Assembly (NCBI RefSeq): GCF_006345805.1
Contig: NC_043000.1
Span: 57,040,001 to 57,104,000, forward strand
DNA: 64,000 nucleotides
Direction: 5' to 3'
Origin: Octopus sinensis
Lineage: Eukaryota
Shown here: positions 10,211-22,752 of the stretch, piece after piece
Position numbering within the stretch: position 1 is the first letter of the stretch
Layout: every line of letters starts with the position of its first letter
Notes under the pieces: generated by a model
Seen by the model: only the letters and a program-made list of their open reading frames with translations
Told to the model about the DNA's origin: nothing
The model's database searches: none
Translations under genes and position numbers: made by a program

Positions 10211-12505
10211 ATGTCCCAGGTTAACAAGTCTGCTAAGTTCCTTCAGATTTACTTCATGGGAGATTCACAGCAGCAATGTAACAGACAATGTCAAAACTTT
10301 CAATATCTTGACAGAAACACTGTGATATCTTTGCAAGAAATGCTCCACACCCACAATGATCTGGTAAGAAGCTTCAAGCTAAGGCAGTGTGGTGGCAGAA
10401 ACGTTAGCACACCAGGCAAAATAATTAGCAATATTTCGTCTGCCGTTACGTTCTGAGTTCAAATTCCACCGAGGTCAACTTTGCCTTTCATCATTTCGGG
10501 GTTGAAAAATTAAGTACCAGTTACACACTGGGGTCGATGTAATCAATTTAATCCTTTTGTCTGTCCCGTCTATGTTTAGCCCCTTTTGGGTAATAAAGAA
10601 ATAAGAAGCTTCAAGACAGCAATGGAACATCTATGTCCAAATGGTGACTTTAAAGTAGTAATCAGGTCAGATAAGAGACTAGTAGGTGAGCATGACTGTT
10701 GTTTCAATGCACCAGCTGTGAAAGAAGTGGCCATTCACCTGGTCGGTGAACAACACAATCACCAAGACATCATCATTCATCAGCGAGATCCTGGCTGACA
10801 CACGTATCAGAAACTCATCGGTCATATGATGTCCTGCAGTACCCATTAATCTTCTGGCAAGAGCAAGATGGATATCATTTTAACATTTCACAAGTAGATC
10901 CCACCACAAAACAGCCCACTAACAAGAAGCCAATGACTACTATGCTTACATACTGATGATCCACCCTGCCAATCCAAGCCATCTTCTGCAGTGCCGTAAC
11001 CTCCTCCATCAATTCCTGGTTGATGTGTATGCAAAGGTTGAGAGCGAGCATCTTCTCTTCATTCGACAACATTAGAAAAAGTTACATGCGGAGTTATATG
11101 TCTGCCTGCGTCATGCCGTTGCAATAGATTGTGATGTCAGCAACATGGGACAGTTGGTCATTCTGCTATCTACATTCACAGGAAACCCCTCGGTATGTGC
11201 ACGAGAGAATGCAGGATGCAATGACATATGTCAGGACATATGGATGGCCTGATCTTTTCATGATCTTCTCTTGAAACCCTCTGTGGGGTGAAATCAAGGC
11301 CCTGCTTCTACCAAGACTATGTTCTCACCATAGGCATGACCTTTTGGCATGTGTGTTTTTGGCAAAAGCTGTTGACGATATTAGCACTAATTACCAAACA
11401 TCACATCTTTGGGGAAACTATTTGCCACATGCACACAGTTGAATGGCAGAAATGAGGCCTGCCACATGACCACATGCTAATCTGGCTTAAAGACAAATCC
11501 GTCCAAATCAAATTGATCCCATCATTAGTGCCAAACTTCCTGATGCAACAGAAGATCCTGATCCTTTTGAAGTCATCAGGATTCAGATGGTGCATGGTCC
11601 ATGTGGCCCTCGCAACAGGAACTCTCCTTGCATGGTTGATGGAAAGTGCAGTAAAGTGTACCCTAAGCAATTCATTGCTGAAACAGAGACTGGTTATGAC
11701 GGATACCCGAGCTATAGGCATTGCAAGCCAGGTTAAGGAGGACATAAAGCCACTATCAATGCAAGTATATCCTGAGAAATTGAAGTCCTGAGTCATTGGA
11801 ATGATGCAATTGTAAGCTGTCAGTTTTGCCATCAGCATCATTTTGCAGTCACCTCATCATTCTTGTTTGCCTCCTGAAGGCCAAAAACTGCCATGTCTGA
11901 CAACAGGTGGATTGTGCCGTATTGTCCCTTTCTGTCAAAGATCTTCAAAGCACACATCAATGTTGAGTTTTGTAACACTGTGAAAGCTATCAAGTATGTG
12001 TGCAAATATGTGAACTAGGGGTCAGACATGGCAGTTTTTGGCCTTCAGGAGGCAAACAAGAATGATGAGGTGACTGCAAAATGATGATGATGATGGCAAA
12101 ACTGACAGCTTACAATTGCATCATTCCAATGACTCAGGACGAAAAGGGTGGCCTGTTTTTTTTTTTTTGGATGCTCCTGGGGGTAATGTTAAGACGTTTT
12201 TGATCAACCTTTTGTTAACAAAAGTTCCTCTAGATGGGTGCATTGAATTGGCAGTAACGTCTTCTGGAATAGCAGCTACTCTCTTGACAGGTGGACGAAA
12301 AGCTCATTCTACTTTCAAGGGCCCCTTGAATTTAATTAGGACAGAAACTCCAATTTGCATCATTTCCAAGACATCAACAAAGGCCAAGGTCTTGCAGCAG
12401 ATGCGCTTGATTTTCTGGGATGAATGCACTGTGTCCCACAGTGGAGCACTTGAGGCTGTTGACCATAGCCTAAGAGATTTGAGAGGAAAGGACATTCTCA
12501 TGTTT
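10211..12505 (+). pseudogene. Helitron RepHel pseudogene (HUH Rep plus truncated PIF1-like helicase)
   Basis: KFLQIYFMGD; FNAPAVKEVA; SETHRSYDVLQYPLIFWQEQDGYHFNI; LLSTFTGNPRYVHERMQDAMTYVRTYGWPDLF (Rep motif 1); EWQK*GLPHDHMLIWL (HUH); HGPCG..NSPCMVDGKCSKVYPK; DNRWIVPYCP..HINVEFCNTVKAIKYVCKYVN*GSD (Y2 motif); LFFLDAPGG.KTFL (Walker A); AVTSSGIAATLLTGGRKAHSTFK; IFWDECTV. Many stops and frameshifts. Confidence 0.95.
10379..10601 (+). mobile_element. Family B SINE inserted in the Helitron with a 14-bp TSD
   Basis: TAAGAAGCTTCAAG at 10365-10378 and 10602-10615; removing the insert restores ...HNDLVRSFK|TAMEHL. Confidence 0.9.
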
Positions 12506-12574
12506 CATTTTAATTAGAGATTTAAAAGGTATACTTAAATTTCATTATTTTCTTTAATCCAGGCAACACTAGTA

Positions 12575-12586
12575 TGTGTGTGTGCA

Positions 12587-12635
<49 letters not shown>

Positions 12636-12737
12636 ATAGATAGATACATGCATACATAGATAAATACATACATGCATACATACATACATACATACATGCA
12701 TACATACATACATACATACATACATACATACATACAT
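12575..12737. repeat. (GT)n/(AT)n/(ATAC)n compound microsatellite
   Basis: Direct reading. Confidence 0.95.
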
Positions 12738-13317
12738 CTGTTACCAAATTTATTTTATTTTGAAAACTTTGATCAACCCAAGATTATTGTATAAAATTCT
12801 TAACCATAGTAGGTTTGAACCTGGAATCACATGATCATGAAATGAACTTTACAACCACACATACATTGCTACACCCAATGATAAGTTAAATAAAACTGAT
12901 AACCTTCTATTATGTATGATACAATATAACAATATAAATCCCACCCTTTGTATTCCTATATTTAAACACAGACAGAATACCCTCCTCTGCTGGATAAACA
13001 GTAAAAAGGGGAAAAATGGTGTGTGTGGGTGTAATATGAAAGTAGATCCTTTTTTTTGCTTAAATCCAATTTAAGGGTTCGTTGGTTTGATTAGTCCCTA
13101 ATGCATTTGATTCAGCTGACATTATGTTAAATTATCAACATATTGTTAAAACTCTTCACACATGGTCATGCAAAACTGTTAGTATCTGTATTAAACAGAA
13201 TAATGAATTGAGCTTCTACAAGGAGACCTCAACATTGCAACTCAGTTTATTATAAATAGGAAAATAGTAACCAAATCAACCTGATATTAGAACCTGCTGT
13301 CTTAAAGAAAACAAAAT

Positions 13318-13598
13318 AGCAAAGTCTTTTTTTTTCCTGCCTTTAGTCCTCCAATGCGGAGTATAGGCCACTTATAGTTGAATTCCATGTCGCATAATTT
13401 TTCGCTTCTGTACTAATACTCTGCCATGAATGTCCCCCTTTCTCAACAGTTAAGTCAAATAAGCAAATACAATCATTCATCAACAGATGCTTGCGTAGTA
13501 TACTTAAAATTAGATGGTCCGAGCACATAAGCAATATGGAGCTATGGCAAAGAACAAATCAAGTTTCGATTAGGGAGAAAATATTTAAGCAAAGTCTT
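13318..13598. mobile_element. Short 5'-inverted RTE LINE insertion with 11-bp TSD, inside a family C repeat
   Basis: Minus strand 13329-13445 is the C-terminus EKGGHSWQSISTEAKNYATWNSTISGLYSALED* plus an A-rich tail. Plus strand 13446-13587 is the upstream part KQIQSFINRCLRSILKIRWSEHISNMELWQRTNQ. AGCAAAGTCTT occurs at 13318-13328 and 13588-13598. Confidence 0.8.
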
Positions 13599-13819
13599 AC
13601 TGGAAAATATGGTCTAAGATTTACAATAACTCAAAAAAAAAAAAAAGGACAGAGTGATCACAATGAATGTTTAGAATGTCTTTGACCATAGGTCTTCTCC
13701 ATCAGACTGACCTGCAGTTAAATAACACCAACAGCATCAAGAACATCAATACCAGCATCATCAACAACAATATAAGCACAATTTGAGCCAATGAAAGGGT
13801 TTTTAAGTGTTGTAAGGCC

Positions 13820-14003
13820 TGCTAGAAATAGTATTCAAATTTCCCTCAGATCACAGCCTACAATCTTTAATAAAATAGGCACATTGGATAATATAGTCCT
13901 AGATATACTATCTGAATATAAGTTGGGATGACAATGGTTGGAATGTTGTTGATCATAAGTGAGTTTCATCAAGGCATACCTGGGGCTAAGCAACAACAAC
14001 AAC
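13820..14003 (+). mobile_element. Family C short interspersed repeat with (CAA)n tail (one of many copies)
   Basis: CTAGAAATAG..CAAAT..CCCTCA..CACATTGGATAAT.TAGTCCTAGATA..GGAATG..TTGATCATA..CCTGGGGCTAA.CAACAACAAC. Related copies at ~13265-13720, 24400-24510, 26785-27040, 27420-27800, 43690-43880, 52740-53220, 57770-57910 and 61290-61625. Confidence 0.7.
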
Positions 14004-14899
14004 ATGAGTCAACTAGGGAACCCCTATGCAGTTTCTCAGCATGCAAAGAATAGTAACCAAATTTTCCTCAAATCACTCTTTACTGTTTCCTCCATGACCA
14101 CTTAGAGGCACCATCATTGATCCATAATATTATAACTGCTCATATTGTTATTGTTGTTGTTAAGCAACAAGACAGGTAAAGGTGATTAGGTGATGCTCTA
14201 GGGCTTAGGGGTGGGAGTCCCTAGACCTTGGAAAAAAAAAAAACTTTGGTCGTCTTGTTGTAGTCAAGGGCTCTTCGTTGACGTCTGACACCACTGGGAG
14301 GTGGCCCTCAAAGTCGCTGGAAATGGAGATCTCCAGGTCCCAATTCTTGAACAGCTGTTGTTGTTTCTGACAGTTGTTGCTTCTGATCTATGATCAAAAA
14401 GCATTCCAACCATGACCATCCTATCTTTTTTCTTCCTGTCTATGTATCATATTATTCAATGTGTCCTTTCCTTATATGAGATGACAGGATGTCATTTGAA
14501 GGAGATTTGGCTACTTTTTCTAGCCTGCCAAACGACCATATAAAAGTTCCCCTCTTGACTGTTACTGTCAACAATAGTTACTGTTAAAGCATCATAAGAT
14601 ATTGTAGCTGTAGCAATAAGAAGTGCTGTAGTTGCACGTGACTTCATTACTGATGTGCAAATAGCATCAGTGTCCTTGAGGATAGAATTTATTCTTTCCA
14701 TTCTTTTCTTTTTTCCTTTCTTTTTCTTTTAAAGCAATTGATAAATGATGTATGCCAGCTGAAAAGAATTTAAGCAACAGAAATATTTAGTAAACAGATA
14801 CTTATAGGCATAAATATCTGTTTATCAAATGTGTGTGTGTGTTTGTGTGTAAATATTATATATATACATATATACATACACACACACATACATATATAT

Positions 14900-15880
14900 A
14901 GGTGCAGGCGTGGCAGTGTGATAAGAAGCTTGCTTCCCAACCACATGATTCTGGGTTATCACACTGCATGGTACTTTGGACAAATGTTTTCTACTATAAC
15001 CTTGGGCTAACCAAAGTCTTGTGAGTGGATTTGGTAGACAGATACTGAAAGAAGCTCAAGGCTATGGTGTGGCCTTACCTGGAATTTGCATCACCAGTCT
15101 GGAACCCCTATCTTGCCCAGGATATTAATCATCTGGAAACCATCCAGTGACATGCAACCAAGAGAATACCCTGCATCAGGTATTTACCATATTCTGAAGG
15201 CCTTACTTCCCTGGGCATGGATACATTGAAACTCTGATGTCTGGCAACTGACTTGGCAGACACCCATAAAATTATTAACCATCTTACTCATAATAATTCT
15301 GAGCACCTTTTCAAACTCCACCTGTCTAACACCTGTGGACATGTTTACAAAGTCAGAAAACAGCACAGCTCCCATGACTTTCGGAAATATTTTTTCATGC
15401 TAAGAGTTGCTGAAGTATGGAACAAACTGCTGGCATCGGTTGTTAGTTGTCAGAGCACTGCATCCTTCAAAACTTCCATGCTTCCTGAGATTCGCCAACA
15501 CTACACCTGATTTTCTCCCCTCCATACACACACGTGCATACATCTGACTCATACACTGTTCACTTTCCAGACATTTGTACATTACTGCATAAGCTTTATA
15601 TGCACTTTTGACAAGTTGTAGTGCACCTGAGCACTGTATACAATAATTTTATTATAGATATATATGTATATATCTTTGTGTCTATGTTTGTCCCTCCATC
15701 ACCACCTGACAACCGGTGTTGGTGTGATTATGTCCCTGTAATTTAGTGATTCAGCAAAAGTGACTGATAGAATAAATTCTAGACCTAAAAAATAAGTCCT
15801 AGGGTCGTTTTCTTTGACTAAAATCCTTCAAGGAGGTGCTCCAGCATAGCCACAATCAAATGACTGAAACAAGTAAAAAA
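14900..15880 (+). mobile_element. Family A SINE split by a CR1 insertion
   Basis: Head and core at 14900-15055 end at GAAAGAAGC; the microsatellite and tail resume at ~15656-15880. Confidence 0.75.
15056..15655 (+). pseudogene. CR1-clade LINE 3' fragment (RT C-terminus plus 3' UTR)
   Basis: KAMVWPYLEFASPVWNPYLAQDINHLETIQ*HATKRIPCIRYLPYSEGL..DLADTHKII..NTCGHVYKV..DFRKYFFMLRVAEVWNKL (cf. VRPHLEYxxxVWSP, LERVQRRATK, RGHxxKL, FFSxRVVxxWNxLP). Confidence 0.9.
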
Positions 15881-16084
15881 TAAAAGAATGTGTGTGTTTA
15901 TACACATGACCAACCAGACTATCAGATGTTGTTACTTCACAATGCTGGTCAAAATGCACTTTGCATCATTTTAGCCTTCAAATGGTGCTACCTTACTGGC
16001 TAGGTGAGCAGGCCAACACTCCCACTGATCGAAAGGGAGACTGGAACAACATGAAATGAAGTTTTTTGCTCAAGGACACATCTA

Positions 16085-16360
16085 ACGATCATGTTACTTC
16101 TTCTATTAGTTTCTTTTGCCAAACTGCTAAGTTACAGGGACTTAAACATATCAACACCAATTGTCAAGTGGTAGTGGGGGACAAACACAAGCACAAAGAC
16201 ACACACAAACACACATGATGGACTTCTTTCAGATTCTGTCTACAATTGCACTCACAAGGTTTTGATCAGCCCAATGCTAGAGAGGAAGATGTTTGCCCAA
16301 GTTGTCACACAGAACCCGGAACTATGTGGTTGGGAAGCAAATTTATTAGCACACAGCCAT
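16085..16360 (-). mobile_element. Family A SINE (partial)
   Basis: Same core and head as the other family A copies, in reverse orientation. Confidence 0.75.
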
Positions 16361-17231
16361 ACTTGTAATAAAATTGTGTAATGGTAAATAAATTACAGTT
16401 GCGAAACAGGTGCAATAGTTAGTCTGCAGACTATAAGAATAGCTATCACTATCCCATGGAGAATGAAAACAGCAAGGAATGTGTGATTGTCTAATAGTTT
16501 ATTTACAAATCCTTCAGTAAATTAAAAATAGTTTCTCAATAGTAGCAAAGTAACTTTAATTTAATTTCATTTCTGTTATTCATTATTTAATTTTTATCTA
16601 TTTTTAATATTTTTGTATGAATGTTTTCAAAGGGGACATATAAACAGGTAGAACAGCTTTTCCTGTATGTATATAACATCCTATGTGTATATGTGTGTGC
16701 ATTTGTTCTCCAGCTATCTGTATGTGTGTTAGTGAGTATTGTGAATACTCATGTATTGACAAGCTTGCTCGTGCGGTCACTGACCTGGTACACAAAAATA
16801 CCCCTTCCCTTCCTTAAACTGACCATTCTTGCCCATTCTAAATCTCTCTTTCTTTTATTGTTGTTATTCTGTCTCCACTTCGTGCTCTCCAAAATTCGGT
16901 TTCTCTCTCCCACTACTCTTCCCCCTTTTCACTTCTTACTTTTCTTAAATGTGCAACTGTTAATTTTCTGCCTGTGTCCAAGTTCTCATAGACCAAGGAC
17001 AAATAAAATCTTTCTCTTTCCACAAAGAAATTTGTTCAAAATATCAAAATTTCCTCTTCTAATAACATGAAAGATATAAAAAGTCTTCAACCATAGAGGC
17101 TCTAAGCACTTTAAAGATTTTGGTGCCTCCATATATATATATATGTAATTCAAAATATAAACCATAAAATAAATTTTTATTTTTTAAACTGAAACAAAAC
17201 AGTAAGAGGTAAAATGTTTATTTTTGTATAC

Positions 17232-17375
17232 TTCCACTTCATTTGTATTTGAAAAGTTTTCTCCTACTTTGATCAGATCCTCACTATGACGCCAGGAGCA
17301 CTTCAAAATCATATATCCAATCATATAAAGCACTTTGAATATTATTTTAGCAAGTTTAAAATGATTTCTTTTGTA
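17232..17375 (-). CDS. Candidate internal coding exon (YKRNHFKLAKIIFKVLYMIGYMILKCSWRHSEDLIKVGENFSNTNEVE)
   Basis: TGTTTTACAG acceptor, moderate GAA|GTATAC donor, 48 open codons in unique sequence. Confidence 0.3.
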
Positions 17376-17959
17376 CTGTAAAACATTTAACATTTCTGTG
17401 CTGCCCCTTTTCCCATGTTGCCCTAACCATATACTTATTTTGGTTAATGGTTAATCCAGCACCAACTTCACCAATAATTACAAGTTTTACAAGTGCAAAC
17501 AACTACTAATAGTCTGTTTACACATATACACACCCCTTCATATATGTATATATAGTAAATCCCCAAAAATGAGGAACAAAGAAACAACAATGTGAGGACA
17601 TGGTACCTGTGAAGTATTAGCAGATGCTCAGGGATGGAAAGAAAGGTGGTTTCATGTTTTGAGCAAAGCTGTTCTTCAGAAACAGGAGACAGAGGAAAGT
17701 TCACTAGAAAAGGAAGATGGAGGAAAAGAAATTGCCAACAATTCACATGTTGTTACATAGGTATGTTTGTGTGTGTTTCCACAAATATGCAAGTGTATAA
17801 CTATGTATGCTCATATATATATCGGTAGAAGCACAGCTGTGTAGGTAAGAAGTTTGGTTCCCAACTACATGGTTTCAGGTTCAGTCCCACTGCATGGCAC
17901 CATATTTTCTACTATAGCCTTGTGAATGGAATTAGCTGATAGAAACTGAAAGAAGCTCA

Positions 17960-18008
<49 letters not shown>

Positions 18009-18027
18009 TATGTATGTGTATTTAAGT

Positions 18028-18600
18028 ACATCATCATCATCATTCAGTGTTCCTGTTCCATGCTGGAATATGTTGGAAAGTTTGACAGGATTCAATGGAT
18101 TCAAAGACTACATTGTTTTCCAATGTCTGCTTTGGCCATGTTTCAAACGCTGGATGCCCTTCCTAACATTAGCCACATTACAGCATGTACTGGATGCTTT
18201 TTTAATGGCACCAATACTAGTGAGGCCACTACACTGCCTGCAAAACTAAAATAACCTTTGACTGAGTAGGGCTACAACAGAGTGGGTGGTGACTTTATGT
18301 TATGGAATGTTCAAGTCAAAGTGTGAGAAGGGATTAGAAAAGAACAGGTTTCTTGTTGTAGAGGCACTACATGGTTACTTACATCATGGAGGAGAGGGTA
18401 GGATTAGTTGGGGTAAAGCTGAAAAGAGAGAAACGTAGTGAGGATGAGGTATCATGGTAGATGTTGCGATATGAGGTGAGTTTAGAAGAGACAAGAGAGC
18501 ATAGTGTTGACTTTGTTATTAGAAATTCATTGCTGAAGATGATGGGAGTGGGAGAAAAACTGAGTAAATTTTCTCACTTAAGCTGATGGCTCCATCAATA
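18028..18600 (-). mobile_element. Older RTE-related 3'-end element (family F-like) with (GAT)n tail
   Basis: (CAT)n followed by ..TTCCATGCTGG..GCTGGATGCCCTTCCTAAC, as in family F. Confidence 0.6.
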
Positions 18601-18699
18601 TATCTGATGGCTCCATAAATCTTGTTTGGAAGTATGCTTCAATCCTCTACTCTACTTAATTTATAGTGTTGAGACCTAGAGCATTTGTCCTAGACAAGA

Positions 18700-19040
18700 G
18701 TGGTATTTCAATGCCTTGCAATGACTCACTCTGAGACAGATCCTGGACACTAAGCAAACTGACTGAATGACCTGGAATGAGGTCATGACTCACTTTCATA
18801 TGAACAGTCTCCTTGTCCTATTGTAACAATGCCTCTGCTGGCTGAATCATCTACACCTCACATCAAGTGGGAGGCTCCTGAAAAATCTGGGAACTGGCTC
18901 CCAGCAAGACAACACAATGAGGACCTCATCTGCATTTCAAAGATGTCTGCAAGAATGACATAAAGTCTCTTTACATGAACAATGAAGGGTTGGAGGACAT
19001 AGTTGATGATTGATCCTACTGGAGACCGGAACTACAGATG
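18700..19040 (+). pseudogene. RTE LINE ORF C-terminal fragment
   Basis: GPHLHFKDVCKNDIKSLYMNNEGLEDIVDD*SYWR (cf. GRPQLRFKDVCKRDMK..WExLAxDRxxWR), preceded by decayed LRQIL..D..TWNEV. Confidence 0.7.
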
Positions 19041-19606
19041 AAAGTTATAAATGATAGTGTATTATACGTGAACTTTCATACTAGTTCAAATCTAAGTAAA
19101 CCCTTCCAATTAACTGTTACACTTCTTGTAATGTATTGCTAATATAAGAAATCATTAATATTTGATTCTGGAACATGTGTATCTTTATATATACAAGCTT
19201 GTCCACACGGATGTGTGGACTTTTAAGCTAGCTCCTGTGGAGGGTTAGTTGGGCCTGTGGCTCAAAACTAAAGAGAGCAATAATAATAAGCATTTAGTGG
19301 TCCTTACCAATATGGCATTACCCTACCAATATGGTATTGCCCAATCAATATGAAATTACTTTCAATTCAGTTTAAATGAAAAACTTCTAAGTTTTTAGAG
19401 TTTTTTTAAATTTGTATTTTCAACTGTTGGCATATAACAAATCCTCATTCATACCTGATGCTGATGGTGGATATTCAAGAAGCAAAGGAAGGACCAATTT
19501 TCAATCCCAGGTTCATCCTGATTCCAAAATGGTTTAATATGGCTATGTAGAGCAATGTAGACTGAGATACAGGGGTCCCAGACAGACAGAATTTCGTGTT
19601 TGGTGC

Positions 19607-20020
19607 AGGGGTGGTTGTGTGGTAAGTAGCTTGCTTACCAACCACATGGTTCTGGGTTTAGTCCCACTGTGTAGCACCTTGAGCAAGTGTCTCCTACTAT
19701 AGTCTCGGGCCAACCAAAACTTTGTGAGTAGATTTGATAGAAAGAAATTGAAAGAAGCTTGTCATATATGTGTGTGTGTGTGTGTGTGTGCTTGTGTGTG
19801 TGTGTGCGTATGTTTGTGTGTCTGTGTTTGTCCTCTCCGATCATTGCTTGACAACCGATGTTGGTGTGTTTATGTCCCTGTAACTTAAGGGTTTGGCAAA
19901 AGAGACCGACCAATAGAATAAGTACTAAGCTTACAAAGAGTAAGTCTTGGGGTTGATGTGTTTGACTAAAGGTGGTGCTCTAACATGGCCACAGTCAAAT
20001 GACTGAAACAAATAAAAGAA
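19607..20020 (+). mobile_element. Family A SINE, full length
   Basis: A/B-box head, core, (GT)n and tail ending GACTGAAACAAATAAAAGAAT. Confidence 0.85.
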
Positions 20021-20269
20021 TTAAAAAATTATATATATACAGGAAAAAAGAAGAAAATGGTGATTTTGAAGTTAATAAGAGTTTATCATCATCAACAAAT
20101 CAATCATTATCCCTTACAGTTGTTTCAGTAATACACAGTGAACTTAATTAAATATTAAATTCATATTTCTGAGTATAATCTCTTCAGAGGGAAAAAAATA
20201 TACCCCCTAGATGTGAACCAGTATTTCCTTGGATGACACCATCCCTTCAAGAGGCTAACACAACCTCTG

Positions 20270-20300
<31 letters not shown>

Positions 20301-20304
<4 letters not shown>

Positions 20305-20595
20305 CGTAATCACTGTGACTGACCAGGCTATCAGATATTGCTACACATCGCTGGTCACAATGTACTTCGCATTGTTTCAGCCTTCAAATGATGCCACCTC
20401 ACTGGCTTAGCAAGAAGGCCAACAGAAGAAAGAGTGAGAGAAAGTTGTGGCGAAAGAGTACAGCAGGGATCGCCCCCCCCCCTGCAGGAGCCTAGTGTAG
20501 CTTTAGATGTTTTCGCTCAATAAACACTCACAACGCCCGGTCTGGGAATCAAAACCGTGAGTCTGCTGCCCTAACCACTGGGCCATTGCCCCTCT
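20301..20595 (-). mobile_element. Family E tRNA-headed SINE
   Basis: Reverse head GAGGGGCAATGGCCCAGTGGTTAGGGCAGCAGACTC..GGTTTTGATTCCCAGACCGGGCGTTG; the tail matches 15905-16080. Confidence 0.75.
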
Positions 20596-21510
20596 CTCTC
20601 TACACACACACACACACATATATACGCATACACAAATATTCATACATACATACATACAAACATACATATTAAAATAAACAATTTTATTTCTTGATTAAAT
20701 TCTCATTTAAATATTGATAAGCAAGCAAATAAAGTTTTTTGTTTTTGTTTTTGTGATATTTATACCTTGGTACATTTACATATCAAATGTTCTAATTTCG
20801 TATGTGTGTTTATATCTAATTTCGTATGTGTGCTTATATGTGTATGTTATGTCTTTGTGAGGTTTTAGAGAAAGAGAAAGAGGGAAAAATCATCATTTCC
20901 ATTCTTCTTATCATTGACATCAAGTTAGGATGATTTTAAGTACCATGTACTTAAATATTTCCTTCCTTTGAGAATGTGTGTGAGTGTGTGTGGGGGGGCA
21001 TGCATGCATAGATATAAATAGACTTAAGTGTGTGTGTGTAATTTATATACGTACATACAAAAATACATCAACACACATATTATATACTAAGAACACTGGG
21101 TCATGAACTGAAGTCTCTGAGTCGTTGACCCTGCAATAACCATTTGACAGTTACTGGAATGCAGAGTGTCTTATAATTGTTATGTTAGTGGAAGAAAAAG
21201 AGAGAATCTTTAAATAAAGAAAAAAACACAAAGGTCAACAGACCTACATTCACAATAGTAGGATTTGTACACCCACCCATTAACGCTACCACCTTGCAAA
21301 GTTGACTTTAACAAGGTATTGGTAGACATCTATCAGCTTTTAAATAAGCTTCTTGGAGACAATCAATTCACTAAGTTAACTCTGCTATGATCTGGTGTTT
21401 CTTAATCTTTTTTTCTCCCTATCGCATTTACTAGTTCACCAACCTGATACTTCCACAACATATGATAAAAAGAAACTAGTTTTATACATGACAGAATTTA
21501 TTGCATAACA

Positions 21511-21738
21511 TAAACCATTTAGTGTTCAGATTACTTTGACAAATGTAATGCTTATTTACTCACATTGTTTGGAATTAATCATACATTATCTTATAGCTTG
21601 GAGATTTTGATGATATGACTATATATTTTTAGAATAACATTGTAGAATAGGTATGAAAGGCCAGATCTAGTCAGTTTGCACATAAAGTAGGTCAAATATT
21701 TTGGTCAGATATGGCCAGTTTAAATGCTAAAAGGTTAA
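21511..21738 (-). mobile_element. piggyBac-like MITE (family D)
   Basis: TAAA|CCATTTAGTGTT...AAATGCTAAAAGG|TTAA termini; the internal sequence matches the other copies. Confidence 0.75.
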
Positions 21739-22150
21739 TGACCTTATGCAAAATCACACTTATGTGTAATTCTTTTATCTCTGAACTTGCTAGATTAATA
21801 TTCATTGATACAGACCATCTCCCTAGTCTCCCGATATTACTTTATATCATTTTAACATTAGCATCCATATGCAAAATTATAGGTTGAAGGACACTGCTGT
21901 TGTTCCTAACAACAGGCCTTAACAGATGTTATATTTTGGAGACTTCTGTAGGACAAAGATTACCCAACTGCATTGATATTACTGGTAGAGGACCTAATAA
22001 AGCTAACACCTGTAAATTACTGCTAGACAGGTAATTTTATATCAAATATATTGGTTATAGACATGATGCAGAGCTAAATGACAAGCTCTGGAACTCTGAT
22101 TTTGTGGTTGCTAATCTAAGATGATACTAACTTAGTTATCTATGCACACC

Positions 22151-22376
22151 TTGACTCTTTAGCATTTAAACTAGCCAAATTGAGCCAATTCATTCTACCT
22201 GTTGTATGTTCAAACCAGCCACACTGGGTTTTTCACACCTACCTCACAATGTCTTTTTAAAAATACACAACCACATCATCAAATTCCTGAAGGTACAAAA
22301 TAATGCTTGATTAATTCAAAACAATGTCAATAAATAAAAATTGCAATACAATCTAATCTGAAAGCTAAAGGGCTAA
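22151..22376 (+). mobile_element. piggyBac-like MITE (family D)
   Basis: TTGA|CTCTTTAGCATT...AAAGCTAAAGGG|CTAA termini. Confidence 0.75.
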
Positions 22377-22600
22377 ATTAGGAACATGTTTTGAGACCTA
22401 TCTGAGGTGCACAGTTTTTAGCCTTTGTTATTAAGAAAAACTTATTTTTTGTATGCTAGTAAAGTAATATTTAGGAAAGCATGACAAGTCAACTCTACAG
22501 AATATTAGATAACCAGAACTGTTCATTAGAGGCCAAGTTAATTAGATTTAAATTATCAATCCACAAGTCCACTTAAGTAGGTACTGAACATGGTATAACC

Positions 22601-22752
22601 CAGTGCTCCACAACCAATATGTTGCAGCACACAGGTGTACCATGAGACTATGCTAGGTATTCCACAGTGTAACCTGAATATAATTTTTTCCCTATACTTT
22701 TTGTTATATCTTTAGTTCAGGTGTACTGCTGAAAAAAGGTTGCAGAGCAATG
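22601..22752. mobile_element. hAT-type MITE with imperfect 8-bp TSD
   Basis: GTATAACC|CAGTGCTCCACAACC ... GGTTGCAGAGCAATG|GTATAATT. Confidence 0.6.
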
